Part shown: positions 22,357-38,200 of the stretch, piece by piece
How positions within the stretch are numbered: position 1 is the first letter of the stretch
Layout: each line of letters starts with the position of its first letter
Origin: Chrysomallon squamiferum
Lineage: Eukaryota; Animalia; Mollusca
Assembly: GCA_012295275.1 (NCBI GenBank)
Contig: CM022665.1
Span: forward strand, 12,772,001-12,836,000
Direction: 5' to 3'
DNA: 64,000 nucleotides
The notes under the pieces: model-generated
Told to the model about the DNA's origin: nothing
The model's input: only the letters and a program-made list of their open reading frames with translations
Database searches by the model: none
Program-made: the position numbers and the translations under genes

Positions 22357-25300
22357 ATTTCAGAAACATCATCATTTTGTTGTAGGTTGTACAACAGCTT
22401 TCATAATAAGAGAAAGAGACATCTTGGATATGATGAAATAATTTTAAAAATTATTCTGTCAATATAAATGATTTATTACGAAGCATCATACTGATACTTT
22501 GTTTAAAAGATAAAGACAATATCAGAATAATTTAGAATATTCTTTCAAGTTACTTGAATGTAAATAGGCCAATGTCACTTTATAATTTTTAAAATTATAA
22601 CATTTTATTTAAAAATGACTTGAATGAAAAAAAAGAAAGAAATAAAACAAAACATTCAGTATCAAAATTTAAAAACACTAATTTTCAAGAATAAAATAAA
22701 ATTTCTCATTTTGGTCAATACATAATAATCATAGGACTACATTGGAATCCAAGGATAAAACTTATATATTCTGTCCAAATCAAATATCATAAACTGCATT
22801 TATTATTATAATTATTTATTTATTTTATTTTATTTTTAAATGAAACTAAAATATGAAATCTATTGAAAAAAAAAAAAATTCATTCATTAGTAAAGTCAAA
22901 ATTTCCAAGAAGTATCGTCAGATACATAAATTTAAAAGATAAGAATCAAAATTTTAGAGACATAGAGGCAGTAATTTTTGTCATCTTGCTCATAAATATG
23001 TGACAGCAGGCTAATAATTTAATATGATAACTATTAATTTTCATTTTTTTTTTTTTTTACACACAGCAGTGTTATACTGATACATTTTTGTTTTCATTCA
23101 TTAAAATATTTTTGACTAAGTAGTCGGTGATAACCCTGATATTATTATTAATCACATACATATTATTATCTAACAAAATATGAAATCCAAGAACTTTGAT
23201 AGTAAAACTATAGTCATATAATAATGACCGTGTATATCTTTATGATATAAAGCTAGACTGACATGTGGATGTGCTTTAAACAAGCTGTCCAGCAATGCCA
23301 GAAGAAAGAAAAAAAAAAAAACACTTTCCACTTTTGTTGTGGAAACAATAATGCATTTTTATGTGCATAATCTTGGTATTGGATATTCAATTTAATTGTG
23401 TTTTTACAAATGTTTCTACCTTTTTATGTGTGTTTTTATAGTCATGTCTTCAAGGTTTGTGTTAAACAAAATACTCACTGAATTCTTGGTCTTGGAGGTG
23501 CCTTTGATGTTGCATGAGAATGTTAATATTACCATTTTAATCTTAGGTGAAATATCGCTTGTAAAATGAAAAAGAATTTCTGCAACCACATCTATACATC
23601 ATTGAGGATGTATTTGTAAATATTTTTCATTTTAGTAAAAAAAAAAAAAAAAAAGAAGAAATCCCCATTAAATCTGCATGCATTCTAAAATGTATTTTTA
23701 AATTTGAAATGGCTGTTTTACAAACAAATTTGGATTTTTTATTTATGCCTGTAATTATTCTTTAGAATTTATGGCAGCTGAAAAATTTCAATTTATTAAC
23801 TTTTTTGAAAAAACAAAACCAGTATTGTGAATGGATTTGTAGGAAGCTTAAATGTTGTCTGGAAAAAAATCTTCTTATTCAAATTATTAATATTATTAAA
23901 TACGTAATTTTAATATTTCATTTATACTCTTAATTATTACTATGCAGGTGAATTTAATTTATATACCCAATTATTTAAAAATATTTTTATAAGATTTTTG
24001 TTGTCTAAATCATTTTTGCTCATTTTTTATTTTTATTTTTTCCTATGGAAACACAATAACAGATGTTTAAGGTGCTTCATCACAATTAACAAAAATTAAT
24101 TTAACCAAAGACATTTTTATGATTTTCATGCTCATGTCCCAGCTATTAAAAAAAAAAAAAAAAAAAAAAAAATGACGAAAGAAAAAAAAAAAAATAAAAT
24201 AAATAATAAGATCAATTTAATAGTTTACCATACTAATAAATAAAATATTAAACTTTAATTTGGACTCAAAAATAGAAAAAAAACCACCCCAAAACAACTC
24301 TTATGGTGATGTATCATTTTCACTATCACAGACAATTGCAAGACTTATATTGGCCTTCTATTTGCTCATGTTTTCATATGCTCCTATATTTTAAACTTAA
24401 CCAGTGTAATTTACATGTAATTTCATCAGTTATTTCACTTAAAATTTAAACTTAAATGTTAATAACTTTGCCATTCATTATACCTATAATGTTCTTCAAA
24501 TTGAAGTTTATTATTAAAACTGATGAACTTGAAATAAGCAAAAGAAATAAATGAAAAAGAATAAAAGATTGTTTGATGTTCTAGCAGAAAAGAAACTAAT
24601 TAATGTATCCTCAGATACTTTGTTCAGATATAAATTAATCAAAGCATTAAATATTAAAAACCAAAAGTAAATGAAATAAAGCAACTGATATTTTTAACAT
24701 TATTAGAAAATTAAGTTAATTTTTTATATATCTGTATTTTATTATTAAATAAACTGATAAAAAGTATTTTCTGCCACTTGCCAAAAGAATTTCATCTTAT
24801 TGATAATCATTGTACATTGTTTTGTATTTACTTTTACCAATTTTAATTCTTTACATTTTTTCATTTTTTTTTATTTCCTGTTATTTATGCAATTTTATGT
24901 CTGTATCATTTAAAAATAAATATTGTTTTGTGAAAGCTTTCACTTTGATTTCTTCTGTATTTTATATAAATATATTAGTATCTTGAAATATTTTTATTAT
25001 TGTTGTTTGTTTTTTTTGTTCACTTTTGTTTTCACTATTTTACTAAGATGGCTTCATTCAAAGATGATGTTGTCATCCTAACAAAGATAATTCAACTGTG
25101 GAGCACTAAAACTTGAAGCTTTCTGAACAGATTTTGCGACAGGATTAGCATTTATTTAAAAAAAATTAAAAATTAAGATCACATGGTAAACAAAAATAAA
25201 ATAATCTACACTGCTGTATCATCTTTACAATAAGTGTAGATCTAAGAACATACTTTGAATACACATTATTACAGTAAATATAGATAAAAAAGACACATTA

Positions 25301-25516
25301 GAAATATATTAAAAAATACCATTAAAATTAATTGGGGGGGGGATTCAGAAAAGATTATTATTTAATATATTTTATGATTTTATTTTTATATTTTACCTTT
25401 TCCAACAACCCAATGGAATATAGAAATAGTATTAATAATAAATAGTAATATAAAATAGCAAAATTTCAATTCAAGAGCTTTTTGCTTTAGCACTGGTATA
25501 CTTGAATGGAAAATAA

Positions 25517-25550
<34 letters not shown>

Positions 25551-28500
25551 GATCAGTAACATTCAATATTTCATCAACTTACTACTGCATACAGATTAAA
25601 CACAAAACATAATAATAATTAAACAAAAAAACAAGAAACAATAGAGATACAGTTTCATATCTTTATTTGACCACCATAAATATTTACTATTACATAAGCT
25701 TTAGTAATACTGTCTTCCAGTTACAATATTTTAACTTTTTTTAATCCCTGTATCATTTGAAATAGGAAGCTTATTAGTTATCACAAACCTTCAACAATAA
25801 TATAATTGTGCAAAAATATATATATATTCATATTAAAACCATTTTGAGGGGATCTTGGTTCATTTATTAATCTCTGATTAAAACTATGATTTTGTAATTT
25901 TTTATTTTTTTTTTATTATTATTTTTTTTTTACCAATGTTCAGATTGTGATAGAATCTGAAGATAAAATACAAACATAAAAAATTATGTCTGCAATAAAA
26001 TTTATGTACAAGTTTTTAAAATTTTATTTTTGTTTTATATGCTGAGTATATGATTGTAACAACTGCATGATTTAAAATAAATATTGTAACTAAAACAAAT
26101 GTCCACCAGTTATTTTATTATTATCTTTTTTTCTTTGAGTGATGTGTAGCTTTATGGTTAACAATGGTTGTTTTCCATTATATTCCAGAATGGGAAATTG
26201 GTATTTATATTTTCTTATTTTAAAAAACCATAGTATTTAAAATTTTTAAAATAAAAAAAAAAAAAAAAAAAATGTTTTTTGATTGAAGAATTTCCAAACA
26301 TTTTAAAATAATCAAATAATTTGAAAAAAAAAAAAAAAAAAAAATTAAAAAAAAGAAGGAAAAAGGAAAACAACAAAGATGAGTGAAAAGTTAAATTTAA
26401 AAAAAAAAAAAAAAATGCCTTTTTTTCTGGAATTAAAAACAGATTAATTTTTCAGTAATTTCAGTAACATTATTCCAATATACATAACATGATTAAAAAC
26501 AGAACTATTTACACAACAATTAATGATGTGCTACAGGCATATCACAGTTGTTTGGCAAGAAAAAAAACATACATTAACACCTGAAAAACCAAAAAAACAA
26601 ACACCAAAACAAACATGCATTAATTAATAAATAATTTACTTACCTATGGCAGATGTTGAGAACTATTATGAGAGGGTCCAAGATAATTTCCTTAAAAAAC
26701 GTTTGTTAACAAGTTTTGGTAGCAGATAGTATAATCTGTTTTATTTTATTTTATTTTTTAAATGTAAAAGTGAATAAAATATTAGTAAAATTTTAAAAAT
26801 CAGCACAATGGATTAATTTTTTCCCCTTTATATTCTGGACACTTTACAGCCCAGGTTTATGGTCTATATTGATGTAATCAATAATAAATAACTGTATGAT
26901 TGTTAGGTCATGGCTGATAGTGACTTAATTCCATTATAACATTTAATTAAATAACATAAAAATGTCAAGGATTTATATTTTTTACTTATTTTTTTTGGTT
27001 AAATTGTATCAAAAATACTATTTAAAAAATCAAAAAATCAAAATAAAACTAACCTAATAATGCCAGAGGTTTATTTAATTATTGTTATTGTTTAAATGAC
27101 TGAATTAAGAAAAATCTTTCTGGTTCAGTTTTGCTAAAATTTCTGAACATTCTTTTGTTTTTGAAAATACAATAACAATCACAAATATTTAAGTATTATT
27201 CATTTTTTACTTGTAAACAATTATTAAGTTAATTATAAATAACAAAAAACAAAAATGATGTAAAATGTATTATCAACAGACCTGTCTGATAAGGAAAAAT
27301 ATAGAAAGCAAATATCAATAATATAATTAGAAAATATATAATTTATAAACACAAGAAAACATTAAAATAATAAAGGGGAAAATTCTTATAATGACAATAT
27401 CTGGTTTGGAAAAAACAACATAAATCAAAATTATATAATAATCATTATGTACAAGCATTAGTAACCTAGTAAAGTGCAGCTAAGTTGAAACCTTAAAAAG
27501 CTTTTATCCCTGATGTTTTGTTTCATTACTTTTTGATGTGCCTGTCTTTGTCTGCAGCAAGCACAGATCAAATTAATATTAATTAGGTTCAACATGAGTA
27601 CAGGTTACTATTAGTAACAAAGTTTTAATAAAACATTGCACTAAAACAAAGAAACAAAAAACACATCAACAAAAATAATTACTTTGGTATGCAAATGACC
27701 AAAAATCATTTTAAGTGTAGTTTTATTTATATTACATCCCATAGGGTCTTACTCCACGAAGCATTTGCAATTATCATAAAAACTTGATAATTGGTATTTT
27801 TATATATATATATAAAATCTCCTATTCTACATAATCTTAAGGATACAAACATATTTTTAACTTTACAATATTCTTCAAATTATAGTTTTTTAACACCATC
27901 AGAAATGTTCTGAATACAGATTTATTCTTCTAGAAAGTTAACACTACAAATATTCTACAAAGTTTAAAAGCAGTCCAAGACACTTGGCATATTGTAAAAT
28001 CAAATATAAATATTTAAACATCTGCCTGGAATATATCAAATATAACAAAAAGGGAGAAAAAGAAAAGAAAAATGTAGAAACTGTAAGGGTTAAAGTCAGT
28101 GATGATCAAATGTGATGTGAAATCCGTGGATCAAAACAGTAACACAGTCATAAAGTTTGATCAAACTTACTAATGTAAAATATATCTAAGAATTTACTTA
28201 GGGTACATACTGCTAGATACTGGCTGTATACAAAAAGAACAATTATTATTTTTTAATAATTTTTGCTGAAAAACTAAAGTACTGTAAATATGTGTTCAAA
28301 ACCTTCCACTAATCTAACAGAAGAATGAGATATATAAAATGGAAGTGAGAAGATAATTCAAATGTTACTTGCATAAATTTTAAATATTTAAAAGTATGAT
28401 GAAGCCGCTAATGTTTAAATGCATAGAGAAATATTTTAAATTTCTGTATTATAAGAAATTAAAAATGGATAAAAGACTAATAAAATGTATTTAAGTAGCC

Positions 28501-28859
28501 TGGATAATTTAGAAATTTGACATAATTGCTAAATTTCCAAATGGAAGTTGCTCATACAGTGAACTGAAAAATGTCATTAAATTTAACACACATGGTTAAA
28601 AACTCAAAAAACATGTGAAAATTAATTTGTTGTTTAACAAATTAGATGGAAACTAACATTCTGAAAAAGTTCCTAATTAGCGACAAAACATGAAATGAAA
28701 ACTAATTTCTAGTCATTTTTCACATTGTCTATTTTTACGTGACTTAATGTGCGTACACAAAAGTATTAAATCAAAAATAAATATTAAAATGTCACTTTAT
28801 TTATTGCTTCAAGATAACTAGTAGAAATTAAAATGTTAAAAAGTTTGAAGACTAGTCGA

Positions 28860-29222
28860 TGTTTAAAATACTCAAATCTTGAGTCTTCTGAGAACAGACG
28901 GTTTGAGGACAATGGGGAAATCACTGAGATAAATAATGTTTAAAATACTCTGATCTCAGATGTTCTATAACAATGGCAGCAAACCACTGAGATGAACTGA
29001 GGGTCTTAAAGGCTCAAATTTTGAGTCCCCTGAGTTCAAGGATAATGGGGAAATCACTGAGATATATAAAGTTTAAAATACTCAGATCTCAAAGAAATGA
29101 ACAGAGGGTCTTAAATTCTAAAATTTCGAGACCTTTGAGAACGGAAGATTACAGAACAGTGGGGAAAATCACTGACATAAACAGTTCATATCTCAGAGAG
29201 ATGAACAGTGTGTTTTAAATGT
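28860..29222 (-). repeat. Degenerate tandem copies of the DENND5 C-terminal codons/stop region in its 3'UTR
   Basis: Plus-strand CAAATCTYRAGTC..CTGAGAACAGA....ATGGGGAAATCAYTGAG is found in the CDS at 29224-29279 and again at ~28873-28929, ~29015-29061 and ~29120-29175. Confidence 0.8.
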
Positions 29223-32200
29223 TCAAATCTCAAGTCCTCTGAGAACAGAGGGTTCCAGGACTATGGGGAAATCATTGAGTGTGCTGATAATGTGGACAAG
29301 AAACTTGGTTAGAGCTGGGTCACGGAGAAATGAGTTTTCTTCATACATCTGACCTGTCACTGTTGTATTTGCCATCAGAGGCAACCAGCGATGCAGACAG
29401 TGATCTCTGGAGGAAAAAAAAATAGAAAAATTAATTAATTAATATGTGGAATTATTTTATTTCTTCATGGTAAAATTCTGTAAAAAAACCACCCCAAAAA
29501 TGCAAACTCACATCAATGAATCAAAGAAAATTATATAAATAAATAAGTGATCCTTGAAAATATTAAAAATCCATGATTAATAATAAACATTCAGGTATAG
29601 TTATACCTAAAAACATTTTTATGAATCTGAAAAATAACATGCAATAAATTTAAATATAAAAAAGAAAAATAATTGAGACATTAATTTCATTCTTTAAAAG
29701 TAAAATTCAGGCAAGAAATAAACAAAGTTTATTTTCATTTATCCGAAATGCTAAAAACGTAAAAAAGATATATCATAAATATTTATACAAAAGGACTTAT
29801 AAGGAAAAACTAACCTAACTCCTACACAGATAAATATCTGAAATTTCCCATCTTTGCCAATTGTTTCAGTGGCTGCATTTATTTTGTTGAGAAGATTACA
29901 GAAAAGCCAGTACCCAGCCTTTGCAACCTCAGCAATAGGACGACGGTCATTTCCTGATAAAGCATTCTCAAAATTTGTTTTCACTTTCTCTGTAATAAAT
30001 TACAGAAATGATAGCTATTAACCCACTTTGAAAACAAAATATAATAAAATTTAATAATAATATTAATGAACATCATAATAATGATGATGATGATGATGAT
30101 AATGCTAATGCTAATGATAATAATAATAATAATGCTAATGGTAAAAGTTATAACATTAGATTATATGCCCTAAACTATAATATTAATAAACATTTCCATT
30201 AGTGATAGTTTTTGGACCCTGCCCACCCAAAACACCAAATATTTAGTGCATAAAAAAATAAATATGTTTCCATCAGATCACCTTTAACATCTTACATTTA
30301 CTGTTTAAGCCAGTGACACTTTTTGTACATAAAAGTCTTGTATTTTATTTTATTATTATTTATATTTTTTTTGTAAAGAACTATGAAAGAGAACTAATTA
30401 ACTCATGAAGGTAGCAATTTTTCTACTTATATTATTGGTATATTTAATATTTAATAAACTGTTAACAAATTGTATACCAAAGTAGTCCCAGATGAACATT
30501 TTGTTTCTGAAGAGACGAGATGAGCGGAAACCACAGAGAAAAACACTCTCTAAACACTGCACCAAGCCATGGTCTCCACATAACAAAAATGAAAGACTTC
30601 CTCTCTGTAAATATAAAGATTTAGATTTTTTTTTTTTTTTTTTTTATCCTTTCTATAACAATAAATAATAGAGTTCTATGTTAACAAACAAACAGTAAAA
30701 TAACAATAAAACAGTAAAAAAAAAAATTAAATTTATTTATTTATTTAAAAAAATAAAAGAATGACATATAAATAGTGATACTTGTTTGAAAAAATAATTT
30801 AATTAGTAATATGAAAATGCTGAAAAATCTTTATTTCTCATTCATCACCATTATAATTATTATTATTATTTTCTTATTTATTTGAAATTTTTTTTTTTTA
30901 CTTGCCTCTTTCTCTGGTTTATAAAAATATTTGACTAGATTGTTGACTGCATGCCCTAAGTTTTCCTGAATCTCAGGTATTGATGATATTGGAATAACTT
31001 TAAAAAAACCAGAAGAAATAAAAATCATAACTGCATCAAGAAAACCTTAATACATTTTTGTAACAATTACACATTTACAATGATTTAAAACTTAAACAGT
31101 GTGGAAAAATGGTTAACCCTTGAATTTTTAAAAAAGATTTATCCTGTAGTAATTTATTAAGATTAAATAATTTAAAATTTTTAAAAATTAAAATATAAAT
31201 CAGTGTATAATAAATTAACTTTAATTTAAAAAGTTTAATGTATTTTATACTGTACCTGTTGCACATAATATTTATTAATGGTATTTTAAACAAATATTGT
31301 AGATTATTTAAGTTGCGGGTCACACTTTCAGATGGTAAATTGGTTTGTATAAATATGAATAAAAAATAAAATTTTAAAATGCCATGGATCAGTAATGGTT
31401 ACTAACCATGGTCACAAGATTTGCGTGGTGAGCTAGGAGATCTACTTCGGGGTGGGGTATGGCAAGTCACAACATCTGAAATATGATTTATTTTTTATTA
31501 TTAACATTGTGTCAGTTATTGAAATAAAAATAAGTTAAATAAATAAAATATAGTGAGGCAATATCGTTAATAGTAACAACTGAATTTTTTTTTTTATTTG
31601 TTACAGTTAAAAAAAAAAAAAAGAATAAAAAAAAAGAAAAAGAAATTAAAGTATACAAAAAACAGAAGTTTTAAAAGTTGTGTTTCATTATGAATTCTGT
31701 TACAATGCTAAAATAAAGAGACAGTTTTGGAAATTAAATAATTAAGATAAATATAAAGGAAAAATAAATTGATTAAATTTAGAAAAAGAATCTGGACTAT
31801 AATGTAATAGAAATAAATATTAAAAATGTTAAAAAACAACATAAAATAAATAGGTCTATTAAGTAAAATAAAATAAATTTACAAAATTAAACAAAAGGAA
31901 AAAAAAGATATAAAAATAAATAAATAGGAGTATAAAGCAAACCAACTAAATTTACAAAATTAACAAGATCCATAAAATAAACAGGTAGATAAAGAATAAA
32001 TAGAAATAATCACCATCATTGTCAGAGGTCTGGTGAACAAGTTCAGCTACAAGAAGTCTCTCAATGCTGCCATCATCAACTCCTTTACCCAACCAACGTC
32101 CACAGGGAAACCTAGAATACACAGAAATAAACTTTATAAAGAAACACAGAATCAACATGTGTAATGAAAAAACAGTAAAATCAATGAAAAGTAACTGTTA

Positions 32201-35200
32201 CCACCAAAAAATAAATACAAAATATTGAAAAGAAGAAGAAGATGAAAAAAAAAAAAAAAGAAGAGGAAAATGTGTTTCTTAAAATAAGAAGAAAATAGTG
32301 ATAGAAACAAGAAATAATACTAAAAAAAGGTAAAAAAAAAAAAATACTTGTGTCATTTAAAGTATAAAATATTTAATTCTTAAGAAAGAAACATCAAACA
32401 TTCTGAAATATAAAGAAATAAAATAAAAAGGGAATGGATTGAGAAGAATAGATATGAGAATAAATAAAGACAAAACAACACCCTAATGCAAAAACAAAAT
32501 ATTTGCCAATATGTGTCAAAAAAATTAGTAGAATGAATGTAAGAAGAATAACAAGGGAAAATAGAAAAATGATTGCTTCACTCTTAAACTGAAGTGTATC
32601 TGTAAAATATTTATGAACTGATGTTCTACGTCAGACAGTACTCTACACTGATGTAAGTAAAATGAAAGAACAGAACAAACCTGTATGTATGGCCACTTAT
32701 TTCATTTCGTACCAGGACGTACTCCACCAGCCAGCGTGGAGTCATACCATTGTTGTCATGTCCAATTCTCAGAGTGGTTAAAATACCAAGATTCTTGTTC
32801 TGAATGAAGAAAAGTTTATAACATAACTTAACTTGGATTATTTAATAGTTGGTTAACTGAGACCTAATCATTTAATAAAAAAAAAAAATAGAAAAAAATA
32901 AATGTCTTATGTTTCCTTAGTATAACAATTTTCTTTTTTTTTCTTCAAAAAAACAACAACAAAAAAAAAAAAAACCCAACCTTACCTTTGTTATAAAGAG
33001 AAAGAGAGAGAAAAAAAAAAATCTTTAAAATTCATGATGGTATAAAATTAATCAGATTAAGCTTGGTTATTAAAATGACTCAGTCCTTTTCAGCAGTAGA
33101 AAGGATTAGAAAAAATTAAAAGAAAAATGAGCTTGAATTGATAACAGTTCACTGATTATTTTTGTAAACTAAAAGTACATACATCAACACAATGGTCAAG
33201 GCATCCTTTCTGAATCTCTATGACTCCAGTTTCACCTAGTTGACCAGCAATGGACACCCAGGGTGTGGCACTTGTTGTTCCACAGCCAAATTTAGTGCTG
33301 GGATAAATCAACAGACGATATGGAACAACTGAAAAATTAATAAAATGTCCTGTTAAAAAATTATTATATATTGATGTTTAATATTTGTTGTAATAATTTG
33401 TATTAGAAATTAATATGTCCGTTGGATTTCATTTGCTTTGAAAAAAAAAAAATAAAAAATAAAGAAAAAGTATTATTGCCAAGTACATTTCACTCAAGAC
33501 ATTTTTTATTCTGGATTCCATTTGGTGCCCAGTTTAATAGTATTAACAATCACAGCAATGAACAAGTAACAAATAAAAAAATGACACATAACAAAAGAAA
33601 AAAATATGAAACCTGAATACCCTAATTAAATATGATAAATCAGTGATGAAAATCAGTTATCCAAATAAAGGATGGTAATATATCTTATGATGATTATTAT
33701 TATTTGTTTTTTTTCATTAGCAAAGGGTTGTTTACAAAATTAAGTAAATCACTTGAAAGTATGTAAAATATATTATACAAATTTGAACTTCAATACATTA
33801 TGAACATTATAAATAAAAAACATATGTGGATAGTAACACACAACTGACTTATGATAAATCTGAATGTCATTACATTATAAACAGTTGAATAAACAGAAAT
33901 ACCTATATCAGTGAAAGTATTTGTGAAACAGAAGAAGTCAACAGCATTGAGAGAAAGGAGATGATACAGAAACTGTTCTCTCTCATCTTCACATCTCAAA
34001 AATGCATACCTCTTATACAGCTGTCTATAAAATATAAACATAAAAAATAGAGGTAAACATAGAGTGAATAAAAAAACAAACATTTCAATCTTATTGCTTA
34101 TGTTTACAAGGGAAGAAGGCAGGTGTTCTATGATATGTATTAGTGTAAGGAACCCTCTATAACTCACCTCTGAGTTATTTCCAAATTCACCAGTGCCCAA
34201 GAAAAGATTTTTTTAAACTTTCTGGTATGACGTATATATACAAAATTTACTAATGGAGAAACAGAATTTGGAGTAATAGCAACTCTCTTTCTCTATCTGT
34301 TATCAGCATTACAAAATACATACATATCAATCATTATTATTTGTATGAAAATTTTAAACAAAACATTCATTCTTTCAACCATCTGTATCACTAAATTTAT
34401 GACATGTGGCTGGAATATAAAACAAGTTAATTTTAATTAAACTTATTATAGCACGTGGAGAAACAAAATACAATCAAAATGGCTGCAGGAGAACTTTGAG
34501 GCAATTTTAAAACATAGGTAAAACCTGTAACTATTAAAATTCAGTGATATAGTAACACTGACATTAAGGTGAGAAATATACCTGAGAAGAACACTGTCTT
34601 GTAACAGTTCTTTGAGGTGAGCTGACAACATTTTCTTCTCTAGTGCTAACCTCACCCATGCCCTGGCACAGCCAACTTCTGTCTTAATGTTAGTCATCTG
34701 CTGCACAATTCTGAAACACGTCAAAATCATGTCTGAAAAAACTGAGACAACTAGCTGCCCAATTCATACAAATACACTGAAGTAATCAGCTAAAGATTAA
34801 AGTTTTTTAATTAATCTGGTTAAAATACTCGAGATCTGAACAAGCTAATTAATTTAGAACAATTTCATTGTCAGAGTACTTAGACTGGAAAACTTTCAAA
34901 GAAGTTTGGTTGTTATTTAAATAAGATTTATCACTGTTATATTTTTCAGTGAATACATTAGAGAAATCATGTTTATATTATTTAAAAAATTATTTTGAGC
35001 TAATCAGTCATTTAATGGCATCATGTTACCCCCAAAAAATCAGCTGATTTAAGATGAATTACTAAAGCATTCCAATTTAAACCAATTTAAATTCTTTAAA
35101 CTGTTTTATAAAACAATTGTAATTTATACATAATCATATAAGTACTGTTATAATAAAGAATTATTTGTAAAAAACAACAAAAAAGAGAAGAAAAAAGTCC

Positions 35201-38200
35201 ATGTTAAGTTAGATATTTTGAAATGGTTGTAACTGTATTAAAGACAAATAATACTGACAATAGTTTACAAATAACTAAAAGATGTATTTATAGCAGTTTC
35301 TCTGAAATTACAATAAACACAAGAAAACTTTTAAAGTTAAGAGAGAGACATAACTGAACAGTGAAACTACATTTTGACTAAAAATTCTTCAACTAATTTT
35401 CAGAGAAATCAAATAAAAATGTATAGTACCTCATGTCATGAAGCAATGACTTGGGTAAGGCTTTTAGAATAGGCAGCTCTATCCTTCCTTGACTACCTTT
35501 CCTTCTGTGTGTTTTTAATGTGGCCGATTTCTCAGTATCAATTGTCATGGAAGAAAGATCTATTTAAAAAAAAATAAAAATAAAAATATACAAAAAGCAT
35601 AAAGTAAATTATTATTTTAGACTAACTTATTTCTTTTTTAAAATATATTCTGCCAGTCTGGAATTAAGCAGTCAACTGGATAAATACTGAAGCTGACCTC
35701 ATGAAAAGATGATTGTTTTTATGCACACTATTTGAAATAAGATTAGCTATCTTAAATTTTTGAAAAAATGATAGCAGTCCAATTTAGACAATAAAAAACA
35801 AATTTTTTAAAAAGTATACAAAGAATGCAACAAAAAGATATTTCAAAGGAAACACAAGAAAATAACTAATGCATAAAAAGACCAAAAATTCTGATAATGT
35901 ATAAATTACATGTTTTTTTTATCTTAAAAAAGAATTTGAAACATTACTAATTATGAATTTCAGCCTCATGCAAAAAGTAATTTTCAACAAAGTTTAATAC
36001 TCATTTAATATTCATGCTTAATTTTGAATCAGATTATCAAAAAAAAAAAAATCTTCAGTGCAACAGAATGACACTTAAATGTCAAATACAACAAAAATTA
36101 TTACTAATAAAATAAAAGACTAATTGTTACAAACACACTTATGTATAAGCAAGACAAGAGTGCAATAATATACAATTATTGTTTTTTTTCTTCTGAAAAG
36201 ACAGCATGCTAAATATTCTATCTACATCAGATTACATGAAATAACTGGGATATAATCATATATATTTTTAAAAAAAAGAAAATAATATATAGATATATAT
36301 GTGTGGAAAAGAAATACTTGTCTTTTTAAAGCACCCCCCCCAAAAAAAAATTAAATGAATATTATGAGGTTATTTTGTCATTAGCAATGATTAAAGAAGG
36401 CTTTGTTGAAGTGTTTTTACAATATCAGAAGATTCAAGCAGAAAGTATTTGTTTTGTCAGTTGTATTAGAAGTCTAATTCTCAGTACATATATAAATTAC
36501 ACACATTCAGTCATAAACATGTATAAATATGAGTAAATCTCTGTATGTACTTGTGTATTACTGTTTCAGCATGTAGATGTTTATGGCTGTTGAAAAAGTC
36601 ACTTTTAACAATTAACACAGTAATGTTTGTAGCAAAATAAAACACACATACACAAACTCACATACATACATATATAATAATGAAATGCAGGTAAAAATGA
36701 AAAAAAATTAGAAAACAAAAATAATAATAATAAAAAAGAGAGAGATCATTATACAGTAAAACAATATTCAGATGAAAAATATTTTTAAACCAATTACTTT
36801 TATTCACATGTATGAAAGGTAAGTAGAAATGAAAAAAATTCTGAATATCAAGAACAGTTCTAGATTTTTTATTAGCCCCCCCCCAAATAAAATAAAAATA
36901 AATACAAATTATTAAATAAAAATAAAAACCAATTCTAAAAATTTAACAATTTGTTTATTAAGTGTTATTAATATTTTATAACAAGATGTATCAGTATGTC
37001 ATGAGAAAAAAAAAAAAAAAAAAAAAAAATCAAAGCAGAAAAGTACATAAAACAAAAGGTATTTCTAAATTAAAAAAATAAAATGAACAAGAACAGTAAA
37101 CTAAAGAAATTACACTATGGATACATAAAGAAATATATACAAGCTATAGGCCTATATTTTTATCAACAGTACATCATGATGACTGGTTTTAATTAAGAAA
37201 CTTATGGCTACCAATGTTTTGTTACTACTATTAATTATGTATTAATTTTCTACATAAAAATATATTTATTATATTCCACAACAGTACAGCAAATCCCTTT
37301 ATTACCACAGTATTGAACACTGCTCACTGCTAAAGCTGTATTAAAAGCTTTTTAATTTTTTAAATGCACAATCTGTACACCACTGGGAAAAGTAGAGACA
37401 GCAAAGAAACAGCATTTAAAAACAACCTACACCACTGGTTAATCTCAAAGTCAATAAAGAATAAATTTTGTGTTGTTTGTAATTTATATTTTTAAGAAAA
37501 CAAATTAGAAATTAAAGTGTAAGTAAGTAAGTGTATAAGTGTGTGTGTGTCGTGTTTGTATATGTTTGTATTAAAAAAATGCATAGCTCTTTTAACACCT
37601 CATTCAAAACATTTTATTCAACAGTATTAACACAGTCTCTCTCTCTACCTACCTCTCCTCTTTCATTCACACATAAACCTACAAAAACAAACAACAAACA
37701 ACAAACATATACTGAAATATGAAAAAATAACATAGGCAGGTGAAATTTCACTTAATGCAATCCCTTCACAATCCAAGTTGACTGACACTTTTTGTGAATC
37801 AAAACATTCACATCTTTGCTACAACTAATCAAACACACACTGAAAAACAACAGTAATGCACACAACAGTATGTTTACACACACATATATATCCATGTATT
37901 GTAAGTGAGTAAATCTATAAATGTGGCCATTTATCAGTACAAAGCCCAGTGATGCTAGATAAGAAAAAAGAATTTCCCATCTGTTATACTGGATTTGAAA
38001 ATATTTTCATAATAAAAATATGTAATTGAATACATAGCATATATAGATTTATATAAAATTTTGGTTACTGTTATAAATGGAATTACCTTCTAGTATTTAA
38101 TTCTAAAAGCATTAGTTGATTGAAATATTTTATTTTATTTAAAAGAGAGCAACAATTAACTAAAATCAACAGAATAAACAAACTCAAAAAATAAATAAAA

